Assembly: GCA_963843925.1 (NCBI GenBank)
Contig: CAWJML010000004.1
Location: forward strand, 289,123-353,122
Source of the DNA: an uncultured Chloroflexia bacterium
GTDB lineage: Bacteria; Chloroflexota; Anaerolineae; Anaerolineales; Villigracilaceae
Reading direction: 5' to 3'
DNA: 64,000 nt
Positions 1-8,649 of this stretch are shown one piece after another. Position numbers and translations under genes: made by a program. The notes under the pieces were generated by a model, which was given only the letters and a program-made list of their open reading frames with translations, ran no database searches and was not told the DNA's origin. Position 1 is the first letter of the stretch; every line of letters starts with the position of its first letter.

Positions 1-6
1 ACAATT

Positions 7-444
7 ATGCCAATGAACCTCGTACTTGATTTCCGCTCTGGTCTTCCCATTTATCTTCAGGTGGTGGACCAAATCAAGGAGAGGATTGCCGGAGGTCAAC
101 TAAAGCCCGGTGACCAGCTCCCGACAGTACGCACGCTTGCCCTCGACCTGCGGGTGAACTTCAACACGATAGCCCGCTCGTATCGGATCCTTGATGAAAT
201 GGGCATCATTTCGACCCAGCAAGGGCGCGGAACTTATATATTGAATAATCCCCCGCCTGAGGTTTCGGAAGAAATCCGCAAGAGAGCACTAAAGGTTCTT
301 ACGGGTCGCTACCTGGCTGATGCAGAAAGATTGGGTGCCGACCGGGACGAGATTGATCAAATCTTGAAAGAACAGATGACACTCTGGCAAAAAGCCGGGC
401 ATCCGGTGGACCCAGACCCAGACCCAGACCCAGAAACTAATTAG
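7..444 (+). CDS. GntR-family (short, YhcF-like) HTH transcriptional regulator with an Asp-Pro repeat tail
   Basis: ORF runs from ATG 7 to the stop at 442-444. The winged-helix stretch LPTVRTLALDLRVNFNTIARSYRILDEMGIISTQQGRGTYI is typical of the GntR N-terminal domain. At about 145 aa there is no large effector domain. The C-terminus PVDPDPDPDPETN is encoded by (GACCCA)4. Confidence 0.8.
   Translation: MPMNLVLDFRSGLPIYLQVVDQIKERIAGGQLKPGDQLPTVRTLALDLRVNFNTIARSYRILDEMGIISTQQGRGTYILNNPPPEVSEEIRKRALKVLTGRYLADAERLGADRDEIDQILKEQMTLWQKAGHPVDPDPDPDPETN
409..432 (+). repeat. Hexanucleotide microsatellite (GACCCA)x4 inside the GntR gene 3' end
   Basis: Four perfect tandem GACCCA units read directly from the sequence. 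They encode the (Asp-Pro)n tail. Confidence 0.9.
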
Positions 445-459
445 TTGGAAGGAGAAAAA

Positions 460-1417
460 ATGAACACAAGAAGTATGTCAAAAGAACAAAGTCCACGCGG
501 CCTAAGACGCCAGCAACCTGATTTGCACATACCCGGCATTGCCTATTTTATTTTTGCCATCTGTCTTCTGATAGCCATGCTCGGTACGATCCTCATGACA
601 TCAAATGGTATCTTGAGTGATAACTGGGCAGGGGTTTGGGTAGTAGGTTGGATGGTGGTGGGTACTTTTTTGTTGATGTCCCTCAAGGTGGCTTCCCAAT
701 GGGAGAAAGCCATTGTACTGCGCCTGGGTCGGTTTCATAAATTGGCGGGACCCGGCTTCTTCCCGATCATCCCGATCATCGATACCTTGGCAAACTGGAT
801 CGACCATCGCGTAATGGTCACCCCGTTTTCAGCCGAGAAAACTCTGACCAAAGACACCGTGCCCGTGGATGTGGATGCTGTTCTCTTCTGGGTCGTCTGG
901 GATGCAGAAAAGGCTGCCCTTGAGGTTGCCGATTACCGGGCCGCCATCGCCTGGGCTGCACAAACCGCCTTGCGCGAGATCATCGGCCAGATGAGCCTGG
1001 CCGACATCCTGGTAGGACGCGGCAAAGATGGATGCAGATTTACAGAAGATCATTGACGAGCGCACCACCCCGTGGGGCATATCCGTACAGTCCGTGGAAA
1101 TAAGAGACGTGATTATTCCGCAGGGTCTGGAAGATGCCATGTCGCAGCAAGCCCAGGCTGAACGTGAGCGTCAGTCCAGGGTGATCCTTGGCGAAGCCGA
1201 GATGCAAGTCGCAGGCAGTTTCTCCGAGGCTTCCAAAGCATATGTGAACAACCCTACCGCCCTGCACCTGCGAGCGATGAACATGCTCTTCGAGGGCTTG
1301 AAGGAAAAGGGTGCCCTTGTCATAGTTCCCAGCAGTGCAGTGGACTCGATGAACCTGGGCGGTTTGAGCGGGATGGTCTCTTTGGCTCAGCAGAATCTTC
1401 CCAAGAAGGAAATGTAG
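460..1417 (+). CDS. SPFH/band-7 (stomatin/prohibitin-like) membrane protein; frame broken by a net +1 nt near 1024-1027 as assembled
   Basis: Overlapping ORFs 445-1056 (frame 1) and 1028-1417 (frame 2) together give one SPFH domain: ...QWEKAIVLRLGRFHKLAGPGFFPIIPIID...ALREIIGQMSLADILVGRGK / MDADLQKIIDERTTPWGISVQSVEIRDVIIPQGLEDAMSQQAQAERE. The likely start is ATG 460 after GGAAGGAG. Removing one A of AAA 1024-1026 gives GRGKMDADL in one frame. Confidence 0.8.
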
Positions 1418-1434
1418 CTCCTTAATGATAGATT

Positions 1435-1475
1435 GGGCAGGAAGGGTAACAACCTCCTGCCCGATCTTGTTTTTG
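1435..1475 (+). terminator. Rho-independent terminator after the SPFH gene
   Basis: GGGCAGGA (1435-1442) pairs with TCCTGCCC (1455-1462). It is followed by GATCTTGTTTTT. Confidence 0.6.
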
Positions 1476-1711
1476 ACAAACCAGACGAGGATAGCAAAAA
1501 GAATAATCAGTCATTTAGTCCAGACGACCATCGTATTATAAATTTCCTGCATGTCGCAGGAAACCACCAACAACCAGGGCGTTGCAGTCCATAGCCCTAA
1601 TTGCATGGGATATACGGAAAGTTCATTTAGTTCTATCCATTATATTTTTATAAGTAACATGGTTCGATGTTAATAACTCGACTGGATAAATCTATTCAAG
1701 GCAGACGGTTT

Positions 1712-1766
1712 GTTTCACGTGGAACATAAAATGCAGATTTATGGACGCGAACGTTTCACGTGAAAC
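1712..1766. promoter_or_regulatory. Two copies of a 14-bp palindromic operator-like site (GTTTCACGTGGAAC and perfect GTTTCACGTGAAAC), 41 bp apart
   Basis: Copies at 1712-1725 and 1753-1766, read directly. The second is a perfect palindrome with a CACGTG core. Both lie 27-80 bp upstream of ATG 1793. Confidence 0.5.
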
Positions 1767-1792
1767 TATTCTAAAAAATGGAAGGAGTTTAA

Positions 1793-2011
1793 ATGTCTGA
1801 TCAAACTAATCAATGGGAATACCGTGTCTTGACAGTTGGAAGTGGGCTGACCGGTGCGCACGATGATCAAATTGAGGAAGTATTGAACGATTGGGGGCAG
1901 GAAGGTTGGGAAGCCGTTAATGTATATGCCCCCAGCCAAAGTCCGAAGGTTACCATTGTGGCCAAACGCCCGCTGTCGGCAACCTCTCGCCGATTCAATA
2001 CCATGCCGTAA
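1793..2011 (+). CDS. Small DUF4177-like protein
   Basis: 72-aa ORF with RBS GGAAGGAG 5 nt upstream. The pattern WEYRVLTVG...LNDWGQEGWEAVNV...VTIVAKRP matches my recollection of DUF4177 small proteins. Confidence 0.65.
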   Translation: MSDQTNQWEYRVLTVGSGLTGAHDDQIEEVLNDWGQEGWEAVNVYAPSQSPKVTIVAKRPLSATSRRFNTMP

Positions 2012-2027
2012 AAGGATAAGGTCTGCT

Positions 2028-2060
2028 AAACAGGGAGCCCTGCCGGCCCCCTGTTTTTAT
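2028..2060 (+). terminator. Rho-independent terminator after the DUF4177 gene
   Basis: AAACAGGG (2028-2035) pairs with CCCTGTTT (2048-2055). It runs into TTTTTATTT. Confidence 0.6.
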
Positions 2061-2089
2061 TTAACAGAACGAACAAATGTTCTAGTAAT
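2061..2089 (+). promoter_or_regulatory. Promoter-like TTAACA-N16/17-TAGTAAT with an embedded LexA (Cheo-type) box CGAACAAATGTTCT
   Basis: TTAACA at 2061-2066 and TAGTAAT at 2083-2089. GAAC-N4-GTTC at 2070-2083 fills the spacer. The element faces the histidine kinase gene. Confidence 0.4.
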
Positions 2090-2247
2090 GATTGTGCTTG
2101 ATTTTGGAGGCCTGTTAACCATAACACCGAGATCGATTAACCACTTGAGGTTGGGAATTATATCCACAAACCTCCCTTCCTTGTCTCTGTTTGAATTGGG
2201 TATTGTCTGCTTTTCACTTTCGGACTAAACTATTATGAAAGGTGGAT

Positions 2248-3522
2248 ATGCCCAACCCGAAGACCGATTTACGTTACATGGCTGAGCAATTAGCTCGCTT
2301 GATCGAGGTCAGCGTGACGTTGAACTCGACCCTCAACCTGGATGATTTGCTCCGGTTCATTATTCGCACAGCAACAGAGATTATCGATTGTGAATCGGTT
2401 TCGATCCTTCTTTATGACGAGAAACGCAGCCGGCTTGTTTTTGCTGCCGCCACAGGCACCGATCCGAAACGGTTGGCTGAAACCCCAGTTTCTCTCGATA
2501 AAAGCCTGGCTGGGACGATCTTCCGCGAGAACAAGATTATCAGCTTATCTGATGTCCAGAATGATTCGAGCCATCATTCCATGGTTCCCAAGCATGTGAA
2601 TTTTATCGTCAACAATATGCTGGGAGTACCCATGCGGATCAAGGACAAACCAACCGGTGTCCTGGAAGCTCTCAACAAGCGGGATGGCAATTTTGATGAA
2701 AGTGATGCGGACATCCTGTCCGTGATTGCCTCCCAAGCCGCGGTTGCCATTCACAATGCACGCCTCGTCAGTGCCCTTCAGGGAGCTTATGACGATTTAC
2801 GCGCGGCTGACCAGTTGAAAACCAATTTTCTGGCATTGGCTTCACATGAATTGCGTACGCCGCTTGGTGTGATCATCGGATATGCCACCTTCCTTCAGGA
2901 AGAATCTCCCGGTGAACTTTCGGATCACGCCAAGCAGGTACTCAATGCAGCCATGCAAATGCGCGGGCTGGTGGATTCGATGACAAACCTCGACCTGCTT
3001 CGCACGCCCGAGATGGTTATGCACCGTCAGGTTGTACCCATGCAGCAGATCATGCGCGCTGCATATACCGAGGTAAAGCGTTTGGCGGAGGCCAAGCATC
3101 AGAAAGTAGTCCAGGATCTACCGCAATCCCTTATTCCGGTAAAATGTGATCCCGAAAAATTAAAATCGGTCTTTATCAATGTGCTCGATAACGCGGTTCG
3201 CTTCACGCCCGATGGTGGAACGATAACCATCGGCGCCAGGCTTCAGCCGGGTGGTGAAGTACTGAGCTGGGTTACTGATACCGGCAAGGGCATACCAGAA
3301 GGCGAGTTAAAAAACATCTTCCAGGAGTTTTACCAGATCGAACCTCATACCACACGCAAGTTCGGCGGCATGGGCATTGGACTCTCGATCGCCAAGGGTT
3401 TGGTGGAAGCGCACGGCGGTAGGATTTGGGCGGAAAGTCCCGGCCTCGGTAAAGGCTCTACGTTTAAAGTGGTTCTGCCGTTCTTGACAACGACGAGCCT
3501 CCAATCAATGAAGCGAAAATAA
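2248..3522 (+). CDS. GAF-domain sensor histidine kinase (GAF + HisKA + HATPase_c)
   Basis: N-terminal GAF-like region. H-box LALASHELRTPLGVI. N/G boxes DNAVRFTPDGG, DTGKGIP and GGMGIGLSIAKGLVEAHGGRIWAES. ATG 2248 is preferred over GTG 2242 because of the GAAAGG spacing. Confidence 0.85.
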   Translation: MPNPKTDLRYMAEQLARLIEVSVTLNSTLNLDDLLRFIIRTATEIIDCESVSILLYDEKRSRLVFAAATGTDPKRLAETPVSLDKSLAGTIFRENKIISLSDVQNDSSHHSMVPKHVNFIVNNMLGVPMRIKDKPTGVLEALNKRDGNFDESDADILSVIASQAAVAIHNARLVSALQGAYDDLRAADQLKTNFLALASHELRTPLGVIIGYATFLQEESPGELSDHAKQVLNAAMQMRGLVDSMTNLDLLRTPEMVMHRQVVPMQQIMRAAYTEVKRLAEAKHQKVVQDLPQSLIPVKCDPEKLKSVFINVLDNAVRFTPDGGTITIGARLQPGGEVLSWVTDTGKGIPEGELKNIFQEFYQIEPHTTRKFGGMGIGLSIAKGLVEAHGGRIWAESPGLGKGSTFKVVLPFLTTTSLQSMKRK

Positions 3523-3659
3523 CCAGTATTCGCATCACCTGGATCTCCAGCGCACAATTTGGCGCGATCAAATCCCTCATCACATTAATTAATAAGGTTG
3601 GAAGACCCCCATTCGTCTTGTATTTTGGCGATAAGATTTGATGGAAACCCCCTGTTTAC

Positions 3660-5976
3660 TCAGACTTTGCGCAGGAAAGCTACCGCCTTCCTCTGTAAAT
3701 CGTTCATCACCAGCGAGAGGCTGTGACCGGGGCGGAAATCCTGCACTTTTATAACACGTAAAGCCTCCAGTAACGTCGTCTCTGATGGCAGAAATTCTTG
3801 CAGGTGATTGGGGGTCTGATAGAAAAAGTCCCGCTCGAAACTACTATCGCGATCATCCAGGTTGATATTAAGAGGATAAATATGAGCTTCCATTAAATCC
3901 TGGAAGAAATGGGTGCCGAACGATGGCTCCAGATTCCGGGCCGACGCCCTTGCCTGTCAATTCGACCAAGGCACGCGTATGGTATATGTCACCATAAGCA
4001 ATACTGACGCCCAGATCAGGCGTCGAAGTTCCCCACCGGCCGGGTCCAATGCATATAAACGTCTCATCCTTAAACAAAGCGTTCAGTTTCCCAAGCGCAC
4101 GCTCCAATCGGTTGCGAGCAGCTGGTGATATCAGTGAAAAATATCCCTCCGGTGGGACGAAGAGTATCCACTGGATACCGGCTACAGCACCGCGCGGGAC
4201 CATGCGCCGGGTGGTAAAAATGATATCTTCACGGCTGAGGGGATCGGGGAGGTCAACGGTTTCCCCTTCTGCGATCGCACTTTGCGGTCGGCATTGCAAC
4301 AGCGTGATGCATACCTCGGGTCGTAATGATTGCGGGTCCAAGATCTCAGCGGTAAATTCTGTATCCACTGGTGATTCGTAATGCTTTTCAAGGGTGGTCA
4401 GGATGGTCTTCATTCGCGCAGCAAAAGGTGTATGCCTCAAAAGTCCATGAAAGGTGATGACCAGGTTCTTAGCCTCGACCAGGCTGGTGCGGATTGGCTC
4501 GATAAAGCCGCCTTCGTCCGCCTGGCAGATGAAACGCAAACTGGGGTACTGGGGTGTTAGGACCGTGTGGATAGGGAGGGTTTTGAAGGTGTTTTCTTCC
4601 AGATCGATCAGGTCCACGAAATGTTGTGAATGCTGGAGAATGGCCTCGGTAGAATCAGCAGGTTGCAGCAGCGGGTGGCTTAATGCGACCAGTCGCGGCT
4701 GTTCGTTGGCAATCGCGTCCACAGCACGCGTGCCCAGCCCCCACACCAGGCGCAGGAACCCATCCTCTGGTCGAATCTGTGTCGACCACCGGTATAAGTT
4801 CCGGCTAAAAGCAACCCCGGCCGTGTGCGGAAGAAAGTATCTCCCGAATTGTTCCCCTTCGACAAACTGGATCAGCACGGCAATGCGCTCATCGTAATCT
4901 ACCAGCCCCTTTTGGTGGCGGTAGAGCAATGCGTTTGGGTTGAGACAGGATGCATAGACGCGTGCAATCGCCTCAGTGATATTGGTGAGGTTCTCTTCAG
5001 CTGAACCCTGGTTTGGACAAAAATAACTGTTGTACTTTCCGGCGAACGAAGTGCCAAAACTGTCTTCCAAAAGGCTGGACGAACGCACGATCAATGGACG
5101 TCTGCTTGCCTCATCAAGGATTAATCTGAGTCGTTCAAGAATGTCTTTGGGGAAGGTCCCTCCAACAAAATCTTTCACGATCTTTGGATAATCAGCCCGC
5201 ATCGCGGCTTCGTTTTTGTATTTCTGGTCGGACCAATGGATCAAGCCATTGGCTGCCATGAATGCATAATACATATCCGAAGCCAGGAAATATGAAGTGG
5301 GGATCCGGATCATTTTCTGCACTTCGACTGGAGCTTCATCCCTCAGGATCCGGTAACCCAGCATCATCCCGGCAGATTTACCACCGATCTTTCCATACCC
5401 GATTTTACGACTGTATATATCCCGCAGATCATCGATCGTGAACCATTTTCGTGCGATTTTCAGGTAAGCCAGTTGGTCGCTGATCATGGTGCGGATGAGC
5501 ACCACTTTGATTTCCTGCAAGCGTGCTTCCAGGTGCTTTCGACGGGAGACGGGCATCCTTTCAATATCTTCTGCCTGTTCGAAGAGCATATCCTGTGGAG
5601 CCAGTTCCGGGTTGAATGTGATCAGGTCCGGTTCTTTTCCCCGCTCGCTAACCGCTTCCCGTACGATCGCCTCGAAATCCCCATAAGGGAGGTTATTGCC
5701 AAAATAAAAATCAGTCAAATGATCTATCACCCGTCGCTGTCTTTCGTCCCACACTTCCTGGGTTTCCTGGGCGTACGGGTCACCAAGCCCTTCTCGTTTC
5801 TGGCTTTCTATGGCTTTATGGCGTGCCTCCGCCTCGAAATCCGACTTGGCGATCACCCCCCGCGTAAACAATTGGTTACGCATGATCTGGCGGATGCGCG
5901 CGCTCAGAACGGGATATTCGCTTAGTGTCAGGTAGATGCGCAAGACACGATCAGTGGAAGGATTGGGGAGGCTCAT
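3660..5976 (-). CDS. PEP/pyruvate-binding (PPDK_N, ATP-grasp type) domain protein of unknown role; frame broken by a net +1 nt near 3936-3942
   Basis: The motif PLIVRSSSLLEDSFGTSFAGKYNSYF is typical of the PEP-utilising-enzyme nucleotide-binding domain. ORF 3868-5976 ends in the out-of-frame tail GPESGAIVRHPFLPGFNGSSYLSS. The adjacent frame reads NLEPSFGTHFFQDLMEAHIYPLN and continues into ORF 3660-3893. Confidence 0.7.
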
Positions 5977-5985
5977 GGGTTTATT

Positions 5986-7200
5986 TTACGGCTCAGATAA
6001 TCTGGAAGACAGGAACCATCTCTTGAGCAAACTGATCACCAGGCACACACTCAGGATTAAACCACCCCAGGTATTTAATGAATCCAGCACCGGAAAGCCG
6101 TAGACTTTAGCCAAAACCAGGACGATACCGATCCCAAATCCTGCAACCAGAAGCGACGCTACCTTACGGTCAAGAAGGATCAAAACAAGCCAGGCAGATG
6201 GCAGGATCAACCAGACATATGTCGCCACCCACGCTTTCCCCAGGAAGATCAATAAGCCTGTCAAATTGAGGATAAAAACCAATTCACTCGTGATGCCGGT
6301 TTTCCCGAGTGGTATGGCAGGCTGCCGTTCATCCTTGCTGAAACGGCGGCCGATAATCCACACCGTTCCCCCAAGCAGACCCAGTCCGCATAACTCGACC
6401 ACTCGTGACAGGTTCGGATAAGCGGATAGGTATTTGAGAAGTGATTGGTTGAGCCAAAAAGCGTCTCCTTTACCGACCTCGGGTAACACATATCGGATGT
6501 AATCAACAAACCAGCCGAACGGGACGAAGAACATTGAAAATGCTGCCAGCACAACGATACTGACCAGGTACATAACCAGGAACCGCAAGTCGCGCCGAAA
6601 AATGACGTAATAGATCAACAAGAAACCCGGACTGACCTTGATGATGGTTGCCACCGCCAACAGGATTGCTGCCGGTAAACGCTTGTTTCTTGCATATAAC
6701 AGGTAACTTGCCAGGATCAGACAGATAATGAACACATCAACTTGACCGTGCTGGATGTGACTCAATAACGGGAAGGAAACGAGAGTAAAACCAAGTCCAA
6801 GCGCCAGGAAGGTCATTCGCTGCTCAGGCGCGAACGAACGAACCATCCAGAATAATATGGCAATATAACTCAGCCCATAGGCGATCAACCAGGACAGCCT
6901 GGCTTGATCATACGGTAACCGCGCTATCAGGCTGAAAATGGGCAATGTTGGAGGTGGGTAGATGAAATCTGATATTACAGGCTGGTTTTGAGAGTTCGTT
7001 CCCCAAAAATATGGATTGTCCGATCGCAGGAATCGTGCCCCCGCGTTGTAATATGCGAAGAAATCCACGTTGTGGAGGACTCCCGCATCCGTCTGGGTGG
7101 GTTTGTTATAAAAATCCCGGGCTGAGATAAGCCAGTAATTCCAACCGAATACCGTGATCAAGACCAGGATGAGGATTTTAACAGTTACGGATAATTTCAT
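5986..7200 (-). CDS. Polytopic membrane protein, DUF2029/GT87-like glycosyltransferase
   Basis: 404 aa with about 10 or more hydrophobic helices. The N-terminal loop DFFAYYNAGARFLRSDNPY resembles the conserved loop of DUF2029/GT87 mannosyltransferase-like proteins. This is from memory, not searched. Confidence 0.5.
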   Translation of the reverse strand: MKLSVTVKILILVLITVFGWNYWLISARDFYNKPTQTDAGVLHNVDFFAYYNAGARFLRSDNPYFWGTNSQNQPVISDFIYPPPTLPIFSLIARLPYDQARLSWLIAYGLSYIAILFWMVRSFAPEQRMTFLALGLGFTLVSFPLLSHIQHGQVDVFIICLILASYLLYARNKRLPAAILLAVATIIKVSPGFLLIYYVIFRRDLRFLVMYLVSIVVLAAFSMFFVPFGWFVDYIRYVLPEVGKGDAFWLNQSLLKYLSAYPNLSRVVELCGLGLLGGTVWIIGRRFSKDERQPAIPLGKTGITSELVFILNLTGLLIFLGKAWVATYVWLILPSAWLVLILLDRKVASLLVAGFGIGIVLVLAKVYGFPVLDSLNTWGGLILSVCLVISLLKRWFLSSRLSEP

Positions 7201-7213
7201 TATTGTCCATTAT

Positions 7214-7246
7214 AAAACGTCAGGGCGATTTGCACCCTGACGTTTT
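7214..7246 (-). terminator. Hairpin terminator downstream of dnaN
   Basis: AAAACGTCAGGG (7214-7225) pairs with CCCTGACGTTTT (7235-7246). The 12-bp stem has A/T runs on both sides. Confidence 0.65.
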
Positions 7247-7267
7247 AAGCTTGCAGATTCTTATTGC

Positions 7268-8398
7268 TTAACCTAAATGCATCGGCATAATAACATGCAG
7301 AAAATTATCATCACCTACGGGGCGAATGACACCCGGGGAATTCGGGGCAGAAGTTTCCAGCGCCACATTGGGGCTTTTCATCACTTCCAGTACTTCACGC
7401 AGGTATTTAACATTGAAGGCGATCAGCAATCCCACACCGTCTATGGTTGCTGCCACGACCGTTTCGTTCGAGCCGGTTTCCTCGGATTGAGCGGAAATTT
7501 CGACCGAGCCGGGTTCCATTTCACCGGCTGATTTAATATCAAAGCGGGCCACATTAGATCCTTCGCGGGCGAATATCTCTGCCTGTTTACACGCTTTGAG
7601 AAGTGCCGGGGTGGAAAGAATGGTGCGGCTTTTATAGGAGCGCGGGATGATCTGCTGGTAATCCGGGAAGGTCCCGTCGATCAATTGTGATACAACTTCC
7701 ACTTCTTTCATGCGGAATACCACCTGTCCGCGTCCCTTCGGCAAGACCATCGAGATCATTTCATTTCCATCGCCTGCCACGCGAGCCAGTTCGCCCAAGG
7801 CTCGTGCCGGGATGATAGCGGTGAATGGCTGTGGTGCTGCCTCGGAAAGGATCCCTTTCCGGACTGATAATCTAAAACCGTCAGCCGCAGCCATGCTGAT
7901 ACTGTCCTTATCCACCGTTACCAGGACACCCATTAATACCGGTCGGGCCTCGTCCACCGATGCTGCGAATACCACCTGCGAGACCATGTCTTTAAAATCG
8001 GCTACATTTAAAAGGATTGCGCCTTCCATGTCCGGTACGGGCAAAGGTGGAAATTCCTGTGCGTCGATACACTTGATGTCTGTGTTCGATGCGCCGCAGT
8101 GTACGTTCAGGGTTTGAGTGCTGGCATTCAAGGTCAGGCTGACCTGTTCCGGAGGGAGAGTTGCTACGAGATCAGAGAACGTGCGGGCAGGGACGGTTGT
8201 TGAACCCTCCGCTTCGATCTTGGCACCGATCCAGCAGGTGATTCCTAATTCCAGGTTGGTTGCCGAAAGACGCAGGCGACCCTCATCGCTGGCGACCAAT
8301 ACATTCGAGAGCACCGGCAGTGTACTACGTGGGCTGACCGCACGTGAAACTATACCCAATCCACGAGCCAGGCTTTCTTGTAAGATGGTTGCTTTCAT
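7268..8398 (-). CDS. dnaN: DNA polymerase III beta sliding clamp
   Basis: MKATILQESLARGLGIVSRAVSPRSTLPVLSNVLV...LRLSATNLELGI...EVEVVSQLIDGTFPDYQQIIP...MPMHL is the canonical DnaN pattern. ATG 8398 is preceded by GGAGAGGAA. The longer ORF to 8515 has no support. Confidence 0.95.
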   Translation of the reverse strand: MKATILQESLARGLGIVSRAVSPRSTLPVLSNVLVASDEGRLRLSATNLELGITCWIGAKIEAEGSTTVPARTFSDLVATLPPEQVSLTLNASTQTLNVHCGASNTDIKCIDAQEFPPLPVPDMEGAILLNVADFKDMVSQVVFAASVDEARPVLMGVLVTVDKDSISMAAADGFRLSVRKGILSEAAPQPFTAIIPARALGELARVAGDGNEMISMVLPKGRGQVVFRMKEVEVVSQLIDGTFPDYQQIIPRSYKSRTILSTPALLKACKQAEIFAREGSNVARFDIKSAGEMEPGSVEISAQSEETGSNETVVAATIDGVGLLIAFNVKYLREVLEVMKSPNVALETSAPNSPGVIRPVGDDNFLHVIMPMHLG

Positions 8399-8649
8399 GG
8401 CAATTTCCTCTCCCATCAAAGTATATACCGAGAATCCTAAAGTGGAAAGGCAATTAGTCGATATTGTCATTGGAAAGATGGTTATCTGTGAAATCACCGT
8501 TGGTCTCGTTTCCATCGATCTCGTTTACGCTAGCGTCTTGTTCATTACTAAAAAAAAAGGTCAGGCTGTAAAGATCCAGTGTTTGAATTATTACAATACA
8601 TTCAGGGAAGGAATATAATGATTGCGGGAATAAGAAGAAAGGATCTACT

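Noticed and set aside
2088-2231. 47-codon ORF (MIVLDFGGLLTITPRS...) immediately after the LexA-like box, as an SOS-induced small protein.
   Set aside because: It has no RBS, no recognisable motif and unremarkable composition. It is mentioned only in the LexA-box finding.
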